Shown here: positions 19,831 to 30,181 of the stretch, piece by piece | Position numbering within the stretch: the first letter of the stretch is position 1 | How the letters are laid out: the number at the start of each line of letters is the position of its first letter | Assembly (NCBI GenBank): GCA_049968235.1 | Contig: JBMFRC010000004.1 | Span: forward strand, 160,001-224,000 | Length of the DNA: 64,000 nucleotides | Direction of reading: 5' to 3' | From: Candidatus Hydrogenedens sp. | GTDB lineage: Bacteria; Hydrogenedentota; Hydrogenedentia; Hydrogenedentales; Hydrogenedentaceae | Program-made: the position numbers and the translations under genes | The notes under the pieces: generated by a model | The model's input: the letters and a program-made list of their open reading frames with translations, nothing else | Told to the model about the DNA's origin: nothing | The model's database searches: none

Positions 19831-20388
19831 TTGAATTTTATGATAAATTGTTATTACAAGTTTAATGTTCTTGTTTTTGCTGTTATCTTATCAATAACAT
19901 TTTCTTTTTTTTTAGTAGCAGAGGAGAAATCGACTGAAGAAGAACCTGTTATTCATGATATTAAACTAACTCAAATAGAGACCTTGCTTTCTGAAAAAAA
20001 GCGAGGTCTCATTATTATCAACTTATGGGCGACATGGTGCCCTCCATGTGTTTCGGAACTCCCCTATTTTGGGGATATTTATAAAAAATATTCGGAAGAG
20101 CAAGTTCATATATATTTAATCAACATAGAAGGGAAAGAAATAAAGGAGAAGGTTTTAAAACCATTTTTAAAAAAGAATTCTCTCCCCTGCCCTGTATATT
20201 TATTAGAAGAAGGAAAACCTGAGGAACTCGAAAAAGTTTTAAGCACAGAAATAAGCGGTGCTTTACCAATTACGCTTATATATAATTCAGATGGGAAACT
20301 GATTAAGAAGTTCGAAGGGGCAATCACTGTAGATGATATAAAATCGGTTTTACGTGGAAATGGTATTTTACCTATTTCCCCAAAATAA
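19831..20388 (+). CDS. TlpA-like membrane-anchored thioredoxin
   Basis: 185 aa. N-terminal TM helix. WCPPC active site (INLWATWCPPCVSELPYF). Confidence 0.7.
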   Translation: MNFMINCYYKFNVLVFAVILSITFSFFLVAEEKSTEEEPVIHDIKLTQIETLLSEKKRGLIIINLWATWCPPCVSELPYFGDIYKKYSEEQVHIYLINIEGKEIKEKVLKPFLKKNSLPCPVYLLEEGKPEELEKVLSTEISGALPITLIYNSDGKLIKKFEGAITVDDIKSVLRGNGILPISPK

Positions 20389-20743
20389 GGGGAAATGTTC
20401 GTGTAATGACAACATTAACCTCTGTTCCCATAAAATTTTGGATAATTACTTGACCGCATTTCGCAGGAAGAGAGATTTTCTGTTTATACAATTGAGATAA
20501 TAATGGCTTAATGTATCTTTTAGGTATAGGTTTATCCGTTTTGACGGGGATATAGGGCATTTCTTCTGAATCTGTTTGAACAACCGCTGTAACAACTCGT
20601 TTAGGGTCTGTTACTTCTTCATGAGCATATACCTCTCCTCGTTCACATTTTGCACCTTGAAATTGGTATTGTCCTGTGGAAGTTTTTTCGACTGTAATAT
20701 GACAACCGTTTGGACAACTTAAACAGATGATTTCTTTTTCCAT
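20372..20743 (-). CDS. DUF1667 domain protein (small Cys-rich partner of GlpA-like flavoproteins)
   Basis: 123 aa. CLSCPNGCHITVE...GAKCERG. Last gene of a 3-gene module together with the two flavoproteins upstream. Confidence 0.6.
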   Translation of the reverse strand: MEKEIICLSCPNGCHITVEKTSTGQYQFQGAKCERGEVYAHEEVTDPKRVVTAVVQTDSEEMPYIPVKTDKPIPKRYIKPLLSQLYKQKISLPAKCGQVIIQNFMGTEVNVVITRTFPLILGK

Positions 20744-20755
20744 AGTCTTATCCTG

Positions 20756-22018
20756 TTAACTAAGTGAAAATTCTATGGGTAATAATTCTCCATTACAAAC
20801 CAATTCATTTAAATCTTCTTGTTTCAATTCTATATGAAACATTTCAGCGGGTTTGACATGCCTTAATGTAAACTGACGGATTGTTTTTTCACCCTGGCGG
20901 ATGGTTAATGTTGCTTTATCACTAACAATCAGGGAACGCATGGAAAATCGGTTTTTCTCACCTAATCGATATTTATTGGGAAGTACATATTTTAGATTAG
21001 CCCCTACAATAACTTTTCCCTGCTCAATTTTTTCGGTTTTTCCCTGTAAAAAGTTTAATAATTCATTTGCACATCTCCGTGCCTCATCCGATACCCAATC
21101 GACAAGGTCATGGACATGTAAAACATTGCCACATGCAAAAACGCCTTCTGCAGAAGTCATTAATCTTGTATCTACTAAAGGACCTCCTGTTTCAGGATTA
21201 ATTTTTATTCCTGCAGACTGGGTCAATTCATTTTCCGGGACAAGTCCTACAGAAAATAGGAGAGTATCACACTCTACTTTGAAGGTTTTTGTAAAATTGG
21301 GAGTTCCATTTATCAGTGGAGTTATTTCTACTGCTTCTACCCTATCTTTTCCTTCTATTTTTGTTATAATATGGCTTAAGTATAGAGGAATATTAAAGTC
21401 ATTTAGACATTGGACAACATTCCTCGTAATACCAGAAGGGTAGGGCAATATTTCAACGACAGCGAGTACTTCTGCTCCTGTCCATGTTAATCTACGAGCC
21501 ATAATCAAACCAATATCTCCCGAACCAACAATAACTACTCGTTTGCCCGGGATATAGCCATCTATATTAATCAATCGTTGAGCCAGACCGGCAGTAAATA
21601 TTCCCGCAGGTCTTGTTCCAGGGATACCTAAATTACCTCGATTTCGTTCTCTACAACCCATTGCGAGGACTATAGCCCTTGCATTAATTCTGAAAACACC
21701 ATGTTGACTACTGCATAGATTTACCTGTTTTACAGGTTGATGAACCGCCATATTTGTTGCTGTTGTATTCAAATAAATATCTATGTCCGATTTGACAATA
21801 TCTTGAATAAATCGTTCAGCAAATTCAGGTCCTGTAAGTTCTTCCTTAAATAAATGTATTCCAAATCCATTATGAATACACTGGGGTAAGATTCCCCCTA
21901 AGAAAGGCTCTCGGTCAACAATAGCAGTTTTCAAACCTTGTTCTGCTACTTTTAATGCAGAAGCCATTCCTGCTGCACCTGCGCCTATTACTAAAACATC
22001 ATAGTTTCGTTCCTGCAT
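20756..22018 (-). CDS. NAD(P)/FAD-dependent pyridine-nucleotide-disulfide-type oxidoreductase
   Basis: 420 aa. Two Rossmann dinucleotide motifs (VLVIGAGAAGMASA and VVIVGSGDIGLIMA). Confidence 0.75.
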   Translation of the reverse strand: MQERNYDVLVIGAGAAGMASALKVAEQGLKTAIVDREPFLGGILPQCIHNGFGIHLFKEELTGPEFAERFIQDIVKSDIDIYLNTTATNMAVHQPVKQVNLCSSQHGVFRINARAIVLAMGCRERNRGNLGIPGTRPAGIFTAGLAQRLINIDGYIPGKRVVIVGSGDIGLIMARRLTWTGAEVLAVVEILPYPSGITRNVVQCLNDFNIPLYLSHIITKIEGKDRVEAVEITPLINGTPNFTKTFKVECDTLLFSVGLVPENELTQSAGIKINPETGGPLVDTRLMTSAEGVFACGNVLHVHDLVDWVSDEARRCANELLNFLQGKTEKIEQGKVIVGANLKYVLPNKYRLGEKNRFSMRSLIVSDKATLTIRQGEKTIRQFTLRHVKPAEMFHIELKQEDLNELVCNGELLPIEFSLS

Positions 22019-22027
22019 ATAAAACTC

Positions 22028-23494
22028 CTATCTCTCTGCTTTCTCATCGGCAAGGGATTGTAGACGTTGAGATATTATCCAGCTATTATCTCCCCGTTTC
22101 GTAATTTGTTCTATCGGTATACCTGTCTCTTGTGAAATTATCTTTAAAATTTTGTAAGTACAAAATGCTCCCTGACACCGTCCCATTCCGGCACGGGTAT
22201 AAAACTTTATTCCATCAAGGGTTGTGTGTCCCTTGGAAATGGCTTCAACAATTTCCGCTTCAGAAACACTTTCACATCGGCAAACAATATGCCCATATTT
22301 AGGGTCTTTTTCTACAATCTTTTCTAATTCTTCAAAACTTAATTCACGCACTTTAATAGGATGTGGTAGGAATGGGTCAAAATCCTTTTTCTCTATGAGT
22401 TGTAATCCTTGTTGTTTTAGTATGTCTTTTACATACTCTCCAATAGCAGGAGAGGCAGTTAATCCCGGTGACTGAATGCCTGCAACTTGAATAAAGCATG
22501 GTTGTTTTTTAGAAGGCTCAATATAAAAATCATTGCCTTTCATTGTGGGTCTTAAACCTGCAAAAGAGGTAATTATTTCCCTTCGCGAAATAGCAGGAAC
22601 CATATAAGTTGCCTGCATAAATACCGTTTCTAAATTCTGTGATGTTGTTTCAACATCATATTTATCTTCTGTTTCTATTGCAGTAGGACCCACCATTAAT
22701 GTTCCCTCAACTGTGGGAATAGCTAATATCCCTTTTGTGTGAGCACCAGGAACAGGGAAAATTACATGATTGGGTAAACCTCTTGCATTCCGTTGTAATA
22801 AGAATTCTTCGCCTTTACGTGGAGTAATTTCAAAAATTTCTGCATTGAATGATTTTGAAATTTCATCAGCAAAAAGTCCCGCTGAATTTACTACATACCT
22901 TGCTTTGATAGTTTCTCCCTCTTTTGATTTTATAATCCAATAATCATTCATCCGTGTCCCCTGTTCTACCGTAAATTGTGCTTTTATGTCCACTCCATTT
23001 TTTTGTGCGGATTCAACTAAAGCAAAAACATAACGGTAAGGTTCTATAATTCCACCTGTGGGGGCATATAATCCTCCAACTACATCAGTATTTAACTGAG
23101 GCTCTAAACTCAAAATTCGTTCTCTTCCACATATTTCCATTCGGGGAACGCCATTTGCTATACCCTGGGCATATAGGTGTTCGATAGTTTTCATCTCTTC
23201 AACGCTAAAAGCGACAACAATAATCCCAACCCTTTTAAAGGGGAAGCCCAATTCATAATGGAGTTGGTCGAACATCAAATTTCCGCGTATCTCCAAACGG
23301 GCTTTTAAGGAGGTAATGGGGTGATGAAAACCTGCGTGTATAATCCCTGAATTGGCTTTGGTAACACCAAATCCAACATCTACACATTTTTCTAACAAGA
23401 CTACTGATATTTCATACGCAGACAATTTACGGGCAATGGAAGCACCACAACATCCAGCGCCAATGATAGCAACATCATAAATTTGACTATTCAT
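22028..23494 (-). CDS. FAD-dependent oxidoreductase (GlpA / L-2-hydroxyglutarate-oxidase-like) with C-terminal BFD-like [2Fe-2S] domain
   Basis: 488 aa. N-terminal VAIIGAGCCGASIA FAD motif. C-terminal BFD-like Cys motif CRCESVSEAEI...GMGRCQGAFC. Confidence 0.75.
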   Translation of the reverse strand: MNSQIYDVAIIGAGCCGASIARKLSAYEISVVLLEKCVDVGFGVTKANSGIIHAGFHHPITSLKARLEIRGNLMFDQLHYELGFPFKRVGIIVVAFSVEEMKTIEHLYAQGIANGVPRMEICGRERILSLEPQLNTDVVGGLYAPTGGIIEPYRYVFALVESAQKNGVDIKAQFTVEQGTRMNDYWIIKSKEGETIKARYVVNSAGLFADEISKSFNAEIFEITPRKGEEFLLQRNARGLPNHVIFPVPGAHTKGILAIPTVEGTLMVGPTAIETEDKYDVETTSQNLETVFMQATYMVPAISRREIITSFAGLRPTMKGNDFYIEPSKKQPCFIQVAGIQSPGLTASPAIGEYVKDILKQQGLQLIEKKDFDPFLPHPIKVRELSFEELEKIVEKDPKYGHIVCRCESVSEAEIVEAISKGHTTLDGIKFYTRAGMGRCQGAFCTYKILKIISQETGIPIEQITKRGDNSWIISQRLQSLADEKAER

Positions 23495-23566
23495 TGTTAT
23501 ATTTGTTTTTCCTGTATTTCTTTAATTTAACAAAAATTTTGATTGTTTTATGCATAAATATATCAA

Positions 23567-24622
23567 TTAAAGGGTTTCTTTTTCGAATTGGCGAGAATGT
23601 AAGATTAAGTTTTCTAATTTGTGCATTGCTTTTCCGGAATCTATTGCTTCTTCGGCAATACAAATTGCCTCTTTCCAATCGGAGGTTCTTCCACTGACTA
23701 AAATTCCAAAAATAGCGTTCAATAAAACAGCATCTCTATACGGAGTTTTTTCTCCCATTAAGACACTTCGGACTATTTCTGCGTTTTTTTCTAATGTTCC
23801 TCCTTTAATATGTTCAATGGAATGTCTCAACAAACCAAAATCTTCTGGACAAATTTGATAATGCTTGATATCATCTTCTGAGATTTCTATGACATCCGTT
23901 TTGTCAGAGATACTTAATTCATCTACTCCATCATTTCCCCAGACGACAAAACCTTTCTTTATTCCTAACTTTTGTAATGCCTTTGCAATCGGTTCTAATA
24001 ATTCTTTTGCAAAAATTCCTATTATCTGTCCATCTAAAGACACAGGATTTGATAATGGACCTAATAAGTTAAATACTGTCGGGAAAGGTAATTCTGAACG
24101 AACTTTTGCTACATTTTTCATAGCAGGATGAAATCTTCGGGCAAATAAGAAACCAATTCCCACTTCTTCAATGCAGTTTACTACTTTATCCGGGGGAAGG
24201 TCAATAACAACTCCAAGATGCTCCAGGACATCTGCACTTCCACAAGAACTGGTAGCACTCCGATTGCCATGTTTTGCCACATAAATATCTGCCCCAGCAC
24301 AAACAAAGGCTGTTGTGGTTGAGATATTGAAAGTTCCTTTTCGGTCACCGCCTGTTCCACATGTATCTATAATAGGATGTTTATCAATATTTATGGGAAG
24401 AGCAAATTTTCGCATTGCTGTTGCAAGACCTGCCAATTCTTCACCTTGATAGGGACGAAGTGATAAAGCGGTTAAAAAGGAAGCCGTCAGGATTTCCGAG
24501 ACATTTCCTTCCATTATTTCTGATAGAGCATCGGAATAATCTTCGCGGGATAAGTTTTCACTCTTTACAATTTTTTTAAAGATATCTGAAAATAACATAT
24601 TTACACCTCTTGAATAGTTCAT
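23567..24622 (-). CDS. trpD: anthranilate phosphoribosyltransferase family protein (orphan TrpD / TrpD2-like)
   Basis: 351 aa. Glycine-rich PRPP loop DTCGTGGDRKGTFNISTTTAFV and the KHGNRS motif. No other trp genes in the window. Confidence 0.75.
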   Translation of the reverse strand: MNYSRGVNMLFSDIFKKIVKSENLSREDYSDALSEIMEGNVSEILTASFLTALSLRPYQGEELAGLATAMRKFALPINIDKHPIIDTCGTGGDRKGTFNISTTTAFVCAGADIYVAKHGNRSATSSCGSADVLEHLGVVIDLPPDKVVNCIEEVGIGFLFARRFHPAMKNVAKVRSELPFPTVFNLLGPLSNPVSLDGQIIGIFAKELLEPIAKALQKLGIKKGFVVWGNDGVDELSISDKTDVIEISEDDIKHYQICPEDFGLLRHSIEHIKGGTLEKNAEIVRSVLMGEKTPYRDAVLLNAIFGILVSGRTSDWKEAICIAEEAIDSGKAMHKLENLILHSRQFEKETL

Positions 24623-24645
24623 TTATTTTAAGAGCAGTGGAAAAA

Positions 24646-26091
24646 TCATTTATCTTTTTTAGGAATTTTCAAATCACGAGGTGATGAATTGTATATACCG
24701 ATGTAGTCTAAAGTTGGACAAGCAAGTGCTTTATCTATTTGTATTCTTACCTCTTTTGTTTTTTGTTCTGGGATACAATGGATTCTTTTGTAGCCAATGG
24801 TAGTGGCAGTACTTACCTTTTCCCATTTTGCTTTTTTATTTTTAACCCATATTGAATGTTCTTCTACTCTTTGTCCTAATGAAATTTGCTCTTTTATAAC
24901 TACGCGGTCGAATACAATTGGGGATTTGAATTTTAATGTAATATATCCAGCAAGGATATGGTCATCTGTAGCCCAGTATTTATTATCATTTTCTTTTAAG
25001 CACATTTCAGGAGCATAGTCTGGAGCGTTACCGCGAATATTACTTGCATCCCAATCTGCTTTCTCTGCAAGATTTGTTTTGAATGTTTCATCCAGAACAG
25101 AACGCCACTCTAAAAGGCGTTCAACATCTGGTTCCGGTAAATGACCGGAACGGTCCGGAGACACATTCAGTAGGAGAACAGCACCTCTTCCTACAGAGTA
25201 ATAATAAATCCGTAATAGTTGATTTAATGACAACAATTTCTTTTCGCCATCTGTATGAAAGAACCATTGTCCCTGTCGAATAGGGACATCACATTCCGCA
25301 GGATACCAAACTTTTTTCCCTTCTCTTTCTTGCACGTTCCATAGTGTTTCTGGTGCCAAACCATCTTCATTTCCTACCCAACGAATATCGGGCCCACAAA
25401 TAGCAATCAAAGCATTGGGTTGTTTTTCTTTTATCAATTTATAGTAGCCATCCCAATCATATACATGCCCTTTGGTTCCGGCACCATCAAACCATACCTC
25501 GAACACCGGTCCATAATTTGTTAACAATTCCTGAAGAAGGTTCTTAAAATATTCATCATAGGCTTTGTTATCATTATAACGTGGTTCATGACGGTCCCAT
25601 GGGGAGAGATAAAAGCCGAAATGGATACCAGCTTTATTACATGCCTCTGCAACACCTTTTACAACATCACCTTGTCCATTTGCCCATGGAGAGAAACGGA
25701 CACAATAATCTGTATGCATTGTGGGATATAAAACAAACCCGTCATGATGTTTTGCGGTTATTATTAAATAACCCATATATACCTTTCTGGCTACATCTGC
25801 CCACTGTTGTGGATTGAAATCTGTCGGATTAAAACTATCAGCAGGTTTTGTTCCGTCTGTCCATTCTTCATTGTGGAAAGTATTAATTCCGAAATGGCAA
25901 AACATACCCATCTCCTGTTGGTGCCATTTGACCTGCTGAGGAGTTGGGATAGGATATAACGGTTCAGGAGGGCTTATTCTACGAAGCGAACAACATGTCG
26001 AATTGTCTTTACAATCGGCATGTATATTTTCTGCATATACAATCATAAATACGACGATAGTAATAATACTTATTTTAGTAAGCAGGTTCAT
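24646..26091 (-). CDS. alpha-L-fucosidase (GH29) with signal peptide and C-terminal F5/8-type-C-like domain
   Basis: 481 aa. N-terminal signal. GH29 core (FGINTFHNEEWTDG...ITAKHHDGFVLYPT...). C-terminal beta-sandwich region. Confidence 0.8.
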   Translation of the reverse strand: MNLLTKISIITIVVFMIVYAENIHADCKDNSTCCSLRRISPPEPLYPIPTPQQVKWHQQEMGMFCHFGINTFHNEEWTDGTKPADSFNPTDFNPQQWADVARKVYMGYLIITAKHHDGFVLYPTMHTDYCVRFSPWANGQGDVVKGVAEACNKAGIHFGFYLSPWDRHEPRYNDNKAYDEYFKNLLQELLTNYGPVFEVWFDGAGTKGHVYDWDGYYKLIKEKQPNALIAICGPDIRWVGNEDGLAPETLWNVQEREGKKVWYPAECDVPIRQGQWFFHTDGEKKLLSLNQLLRIYYYSVGRGAVLLLNVSPDRSGHLPEPDVERLLEWRSVLDETFKTNLAEKADWDASNIRGNAPDYAPEMCLKENDNKYWATDDHILAGYITLKFKSPIVFDRVVIKEQISLGQRVEEHSIWVKNKKAKWEKVSTATTIGYKRIHCIPEQKTKEVRIQIDKALACPTLDYIGIYNSSPRDLKIPKKDK

Positions 26092-26106
26092 CTCTTATTC
26101 TCCTGT

Positions 26107-27021
26107 TTATTTAACATTAGCATTTCTTCGGTCAATAAGTATCTCATTATCCGGTTGTGATTTACACTGCATATACAATTGTCTCAATGAATCGAACACG
26201 GATTTTGTCGATATTGTTATATGAGGATTACATAAGAGACCACACAAATAAAGATTAAGCAAAGATTCTTTTTTGTTTTTTGTTGTTTCCATGGATAATT
26301 TATGATTGGAACATATTTCAGGTAATAGTTCTTCCCATGATTTTTTCAAATCCTTTAGGAATACTTCCAAATTTTTTGGGGGTATCAAACACATAAAATG
26401 TCCGTTTCCTATGTGCCCCAATTGGTAGTCTTTCCCAAAATAAGCATTTGCAACGGTTTTGATATGCCTTGCAAAAGTATTGACAATTTTTAATGTATCT
26501 GCATTGGAAAGGGTAGATTGTAAAGAAGGCAAACCAGACAATTCTATATAAACAAAGCCACATTTCTGATGAAGTAAGATGGCTCTTTGTAATTCTAATC
26601 GTATGAAACGAACACTTCCAAGTCCTGTATAGGAATCCACTAGAGGGGTATTTTCTATTGAAGTTGCCAGAGTATTCAGCCGTGAAAGGAGTAGTGATAA
26701 TGAAATAGGTTTTACTAAATAGTCATCTCCCCCTTGTGAGAAACCGTGTTCTATTTCTTCCGGGTCATTCATTGCAGAAAGGAAGATAATCCCTGTATTG
26801 TAAACATCTCTATTAATACGAATTTGTCGGCATAATTCGAAACCGGAATTACGGGGCATCATTACATCAAGTAAGACAATAGTAATTCCATCCCGTTTTA
26901 TTGTATCTACCACATGTTCCGGAGAATTTAATTCGAAACATTGGTAATTTTTTTGTTCTAAGGCATGTTTTAATTGATTTGAAAAACTTATATCATCATC
27001 AACGATAAGTAATTTTACCAA
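26107..27021 (-). CDS. response regulator: REC domain + degenerate GGDEF domain
   Basis: 304 aa. REC (LLIVDDD...LLDVMMP...DDYLVKP). GGDEF-like fold beginning DSYTGLG, but the active-site GG(D/E)EF is replaced by GNGHF. This predicts loss of diguanylate cyclase activity. Confidence 0.7.
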   Translation of the reverse strand: MVKLLIVDDDISFSNQLKHALEQKNYQCFELNSPEHVVDTIKRDGITIVLLDVMMPRNSGFELCRQIRINRDVYNTGIIFLSAMNDPEEIEHGFSQGGDDYLVKPISLSLLLSRLNTLATSIENTPLVDSYTGLGSVRFIRLELQRAILLHQKCGFVYIELSGLPSLQSTLSNADTLKIVNTFARHIKTVANAYFGKDYQLGHIGNGHFMCLIPPKNLEVFLKDLKKSWEELLPEICSNHKLSMETTKNKKESLLNLYLCGLLCNPHITISTKSVFDSLRQLYMQCKSQPDNEILIDRRNANVK

Positions 27022-27187
27022 ATTATGATTCCTGAATTATGTTTTATGAAACCGTTATTAAATATCGTTTATATTCTATTTAAAATTAATGTCGATGAAC
27101 AACTAATTATCTATACCTATTTTTGTATAATATATTTATATCGTTGGTTAATCATAAACCCCAGGAGAAAATATAAATTTTTATTTT

Positions 27188-29722
27188 ATGAATGACGAAG
27201 AGAAAAATAAAGAACCTACTTCTTTAAATTCTCCTGATAACAATATTAATTCTTCATCATCGAATCAGGAGAAAGGGGTTGATGAGGTATTAGACCAATC
27301 CTTTATTGACTCTTTATTTCAAAATGCTCAAAAAGAGGCATCCCCACCTCCCATTGATACTCCATCCCCAGAAAGTTCACCTCAAACTTCTACCCCTGCA
27401 AAGGAGGAAATTCCTCCTAATTTAGCACAGAAAATAGTTGCTCCTCCTAAAAAACAAGATGCAGAAGTGGCATTACTCAGTCAGGATGAAATTGAGGAAT
27501 TGATTGAGTTAGCACGAAAAGAGGATAAAGAACGGCAAAAGAAGAAACAGGAAATATTAGAACAAATCACCAGTAAAGCAGTGGCTCAGCCCAGTCAAAA
27601 ACCTGTTTCTAAGAAGAAAATTAATTTAAAAAAATACCTCATCCCTATTGGTATCAGTCTGATATTAGGACTAACGAGTGGGATATGGACTTATATTTAT
27701 CTCATGAAGAATCGTCTAATTCCTGTGGAAGAGATAGCACCTACATATACGAAAGACCTTTCTACAGCAAAGGAATATGCGAAGATACTTATTGATGACA
27801 AACAATACTTAAACGCAATATATATATTAGAGAGGGCTTTGAAAAATAATCCACAATCTTCCCCTGATAAAGCAGATGCTCAATTCCTTTTAATTAAAGC
27901 GAAATACCTTTCCGGAAGAATAAATCCGGGAACAAAGGAATTTCAAAAGTTCATAGATGAAATAGAAACCGTAACAAAAGAAAATCCTGACCATCCTATG
28001 GCACCTTATGTATTCCTCTGGAAAGGGAAACTTCATGAGGCTGATAATTTTCCATATCCCGCTATAGAAGCGTATGAACGAATCGTTCAAACTTATCCTC
28101 AATTTGAAGGGCGAGATGAGGCTTTGTTTGCATTAAGTCGTCTTGAATTACAGATGAACAACACTGTGAAATCAGCCCAGTGGGGACAGCAATTGATAAA
28201 AGAATTTCCTGCTTCCCCTTATGCATTAGAGGCAAGGTTCAATCTTGCGGAATCATATCGTTTGACAGGATTATTGGAAGATGCGAGAACATTATATATT
28301 CGAATTGCAGATATGGCACCTGACACAGAAATAGGTGCTCGGGCAATTCTCCGTTTATCTGAAATGGCATATAAACAAGGGAGATATGAACAGGCATTAA
28401 TCCCATTAGAAACAAAATTAAATTATATTCGTCAGTTCCAATATAACGATGAAGCATATTTATTGTTAGCAAAAACATATAAGGCACTCGGAAGATTAGA
28501 GGAAGCCAGAACTGCTTTGCAAGATTTACTGTTTTTTTTCCCTGCTTCCGAAGTTCATCCTCATGCATGGGTAGAACTAAGTCAGATATATTACTCCTTA
28601 GGAGATAAAGAAAAAGCATTTCAAACCGCGAATGAGGCGAGTCTTTTATATCCAAACCATCCTGATGTATTGGCAAATAAAGCAGACTTTTTAGCTTTAC
28701 AGGGTAATTCATATGCTTCTGCTATTGCTTATCTTGAAGCAGAAAAAAATGGAGGAATCAAACCATCATATTTACTAAAAGCAGGGCAACTATTAATGAT
28801 AAATTCTCAACTTGAAGAGGCGATAAAAGCATTTGATGAATTGAAGAATCGCTATTATGGGACAAAAGAGGCATTAAAAGGAAGTATTGAAAGAGCAAAA
28901 TGTCTGTATAAATTAGGGAAGTTTTCTTCTGCTGTTTCTTCGCTTGAAGATTTGAAGAAATTAACTCCCGCTACAGAACCTGAATATAAAAGTATATTAC
29001 AGGAATTGACGACGATGTATTTTGAACTTGGTCTTAAAGAAACATCTGCCGAAATTGCAAAAGAGTGGTTCCAAAAAGCGGATACCCCGGAAGAAAAGAT
29101 TAATTCTGCCATGTTCCTGATTAATAATGATAATACAAATATAGTTTATTCCAATCTGTCATCTATTGATTTATCTACCGTTAACAAGGAAAAAACAGTA
29201 AATTTTCTTTATTTGTTATCACAAAAATTATTAACAACGCTTCCCTCTGAAGGATTGGCTCTTTTAGAACAGGTGTATTATCAATATCCTGAATTTAGGT
29301 CATCCGATATCCGCTATCATTTGTTAGAAACATATATCCATACGGAACGAACAACTTCAGCAAGGCGAATTATTCAAGATTGGGAAACAGAACTGGATAC
29401 ACAAAAAGAATCTATTCAGAATTTTATTGATGGAGAAATTTTATGGGGTAATTATATGTTTGAAAGACAAGAATGGGAACCTGCGTTGCAGGCATATTCT
29501 ACTGCTATTGAAATTTCCGAGAAAAATGGGGAACAATTGCAGGGAATACGATTTCATACGGATTGGGCAAAATATCAGAGAGCCAATATTCTTGCTCAAA
29601 CATCTCTGATGGAGGAATCTATAAAAATACTTGATGAGTTGATACGAGCCAAATCAGCATTGACATCTTTAGCCCAGGTAAAACTAGAACAAATTAAACT
29701 TGAAATGATTGCAAAAAAGTAA
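27188..29722 (+). CDS. large membrane-anchored TPR-repeat protein with Pro/Ser-rich N-terminal region
   Basis: 844 aa. Low-complexity N-terminus (SPPPIDTPSPESSPQTSTP). Single TM helix (YLIPIGISLILGLTSGIWTYIYL). At least 15 TPR-like repeats downstream. Confidence 0.6.
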   Translation: MNDEEKNKEPTSLNSPDNNINSSSSNQEKGVDEVLDQSFIDSLFQNAQKEASPPPIDTPSPESSPQTSTPAKEEIPPNLAQKIVAPPKKQDAEVALLSQDEIEELIELARKEDKERQKKKQEILEQITSKAVAQPSQKPVSKKKINLKKYLIPIGISLILGLTSGIWTYIYLMKNRLIPVEEIAPTYTKDLSTAKEYAKILIDDKQYLNAIYILERALKNNPQSSPDKADAQFLLIKAKYLSGRINPGTKEFQKFIDEIETVTKENPDHPMAPYVFLWKGKLHEADNFPYPAIEAYERIVQTYPQFEGRDEALFALSRLELQMNNTVKSAQWGQQLIKEFPASPYALEARFNLAESYRLTGLLEDARTLYIRIADMAPDTEIGARAILRLSEMAYKQGRYEQALIPLETKLNYIRQFQYNDEAYLLLAKTYKALGRLEEARTALQDLLFFFPASEVHPHAWVELSQIYYSLGDKEKAFQTANEASLLYPNHPDVLANKADFLALQGNSYASAIAYLEAEKNGGIKPSYLLKAGQLLMINSQLEEAIKAFDELKNRYYGTKEALKGSIERAKCLYKLGKFSSAVSSLEDLKKLTPATEPEYKSILQELTTMYFELGLKETSAEIAKEWFQKADTPEEKINSAMFLINNDNTNIVYSNLSSIDLSTVNKEKTVNFLYLLSQKLLTTLPSEGLALLEQVYYQYPEFRSSDIRYHLLETYIHTERTTSARRIIQDWETELDTQKESIQNFIDGEILWGNYMFERQEWEPALQAYSTAIEISEKNGEQLQGIRFHTDWAKYQRANILAQTSLMEESIKILDELIRAKSALTSLAQVKLEQIKLEMIAKK

Positions 29723-29734
29723 GAAAGAACAGAG

Positions 29735-30181
29735 ATGACATCCTTTAAAGAGAAACAGTCGCAGAATTTTTTATATTGGTCTCAACGACAACAAGCATGG
29801 CTAAAATCCCAAATAAAATCAGCAGAAAACCTGAAATTGTTGTTAGAAAAAAATAATTTAGATAATGAAATAGAAACGGAAATAAAAAAACATGGAAAAC
29901 AAAATGAGCAATTAAATACATTGATACAAGAATATGATATTTTAAGAAAAGAAATACCCTCTGATATTTTAAAGGAACAAAAGAATCAGGAAATTATTAA
30001 AGGAATAAAAGAACTTATTCAGACATTGATAAAAATTAATGATGAAATATATCAAATAGTGTTAAAACAAAAAGAAAATCTTCAAAAAGAAATGGGTGAC
30101 TTTTTCTCACTAAAAAGTCGGTTTGAAAAATACAATCCACAGGGGAAAAAGTTATCGGAAAATGTAGATTATGATGTCTAA
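29735..30181 (+). CDS. small coiled-coil protein, unknown (translationally coupled to the histidine kinase)
   Basis: 148 aa. Lys/Glu-rich, heptad-like. Its 3' end overlaps the downstream kinase start by 11 nt. Confidence 0.4.
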   Translation: MTSFKEKQSQNFLYWSQRQQAWLKSQIKSAENLKLLLEKNNLDNEIETEIKKHGKQNEQLNTLIQEYDILRKEIPSDILKEQKNQEIIKGIKELIQTLIKINDEIYQIVLKQKENLQKEMGDFFSLKSRFEKYNPQGKKLSENVDYDV

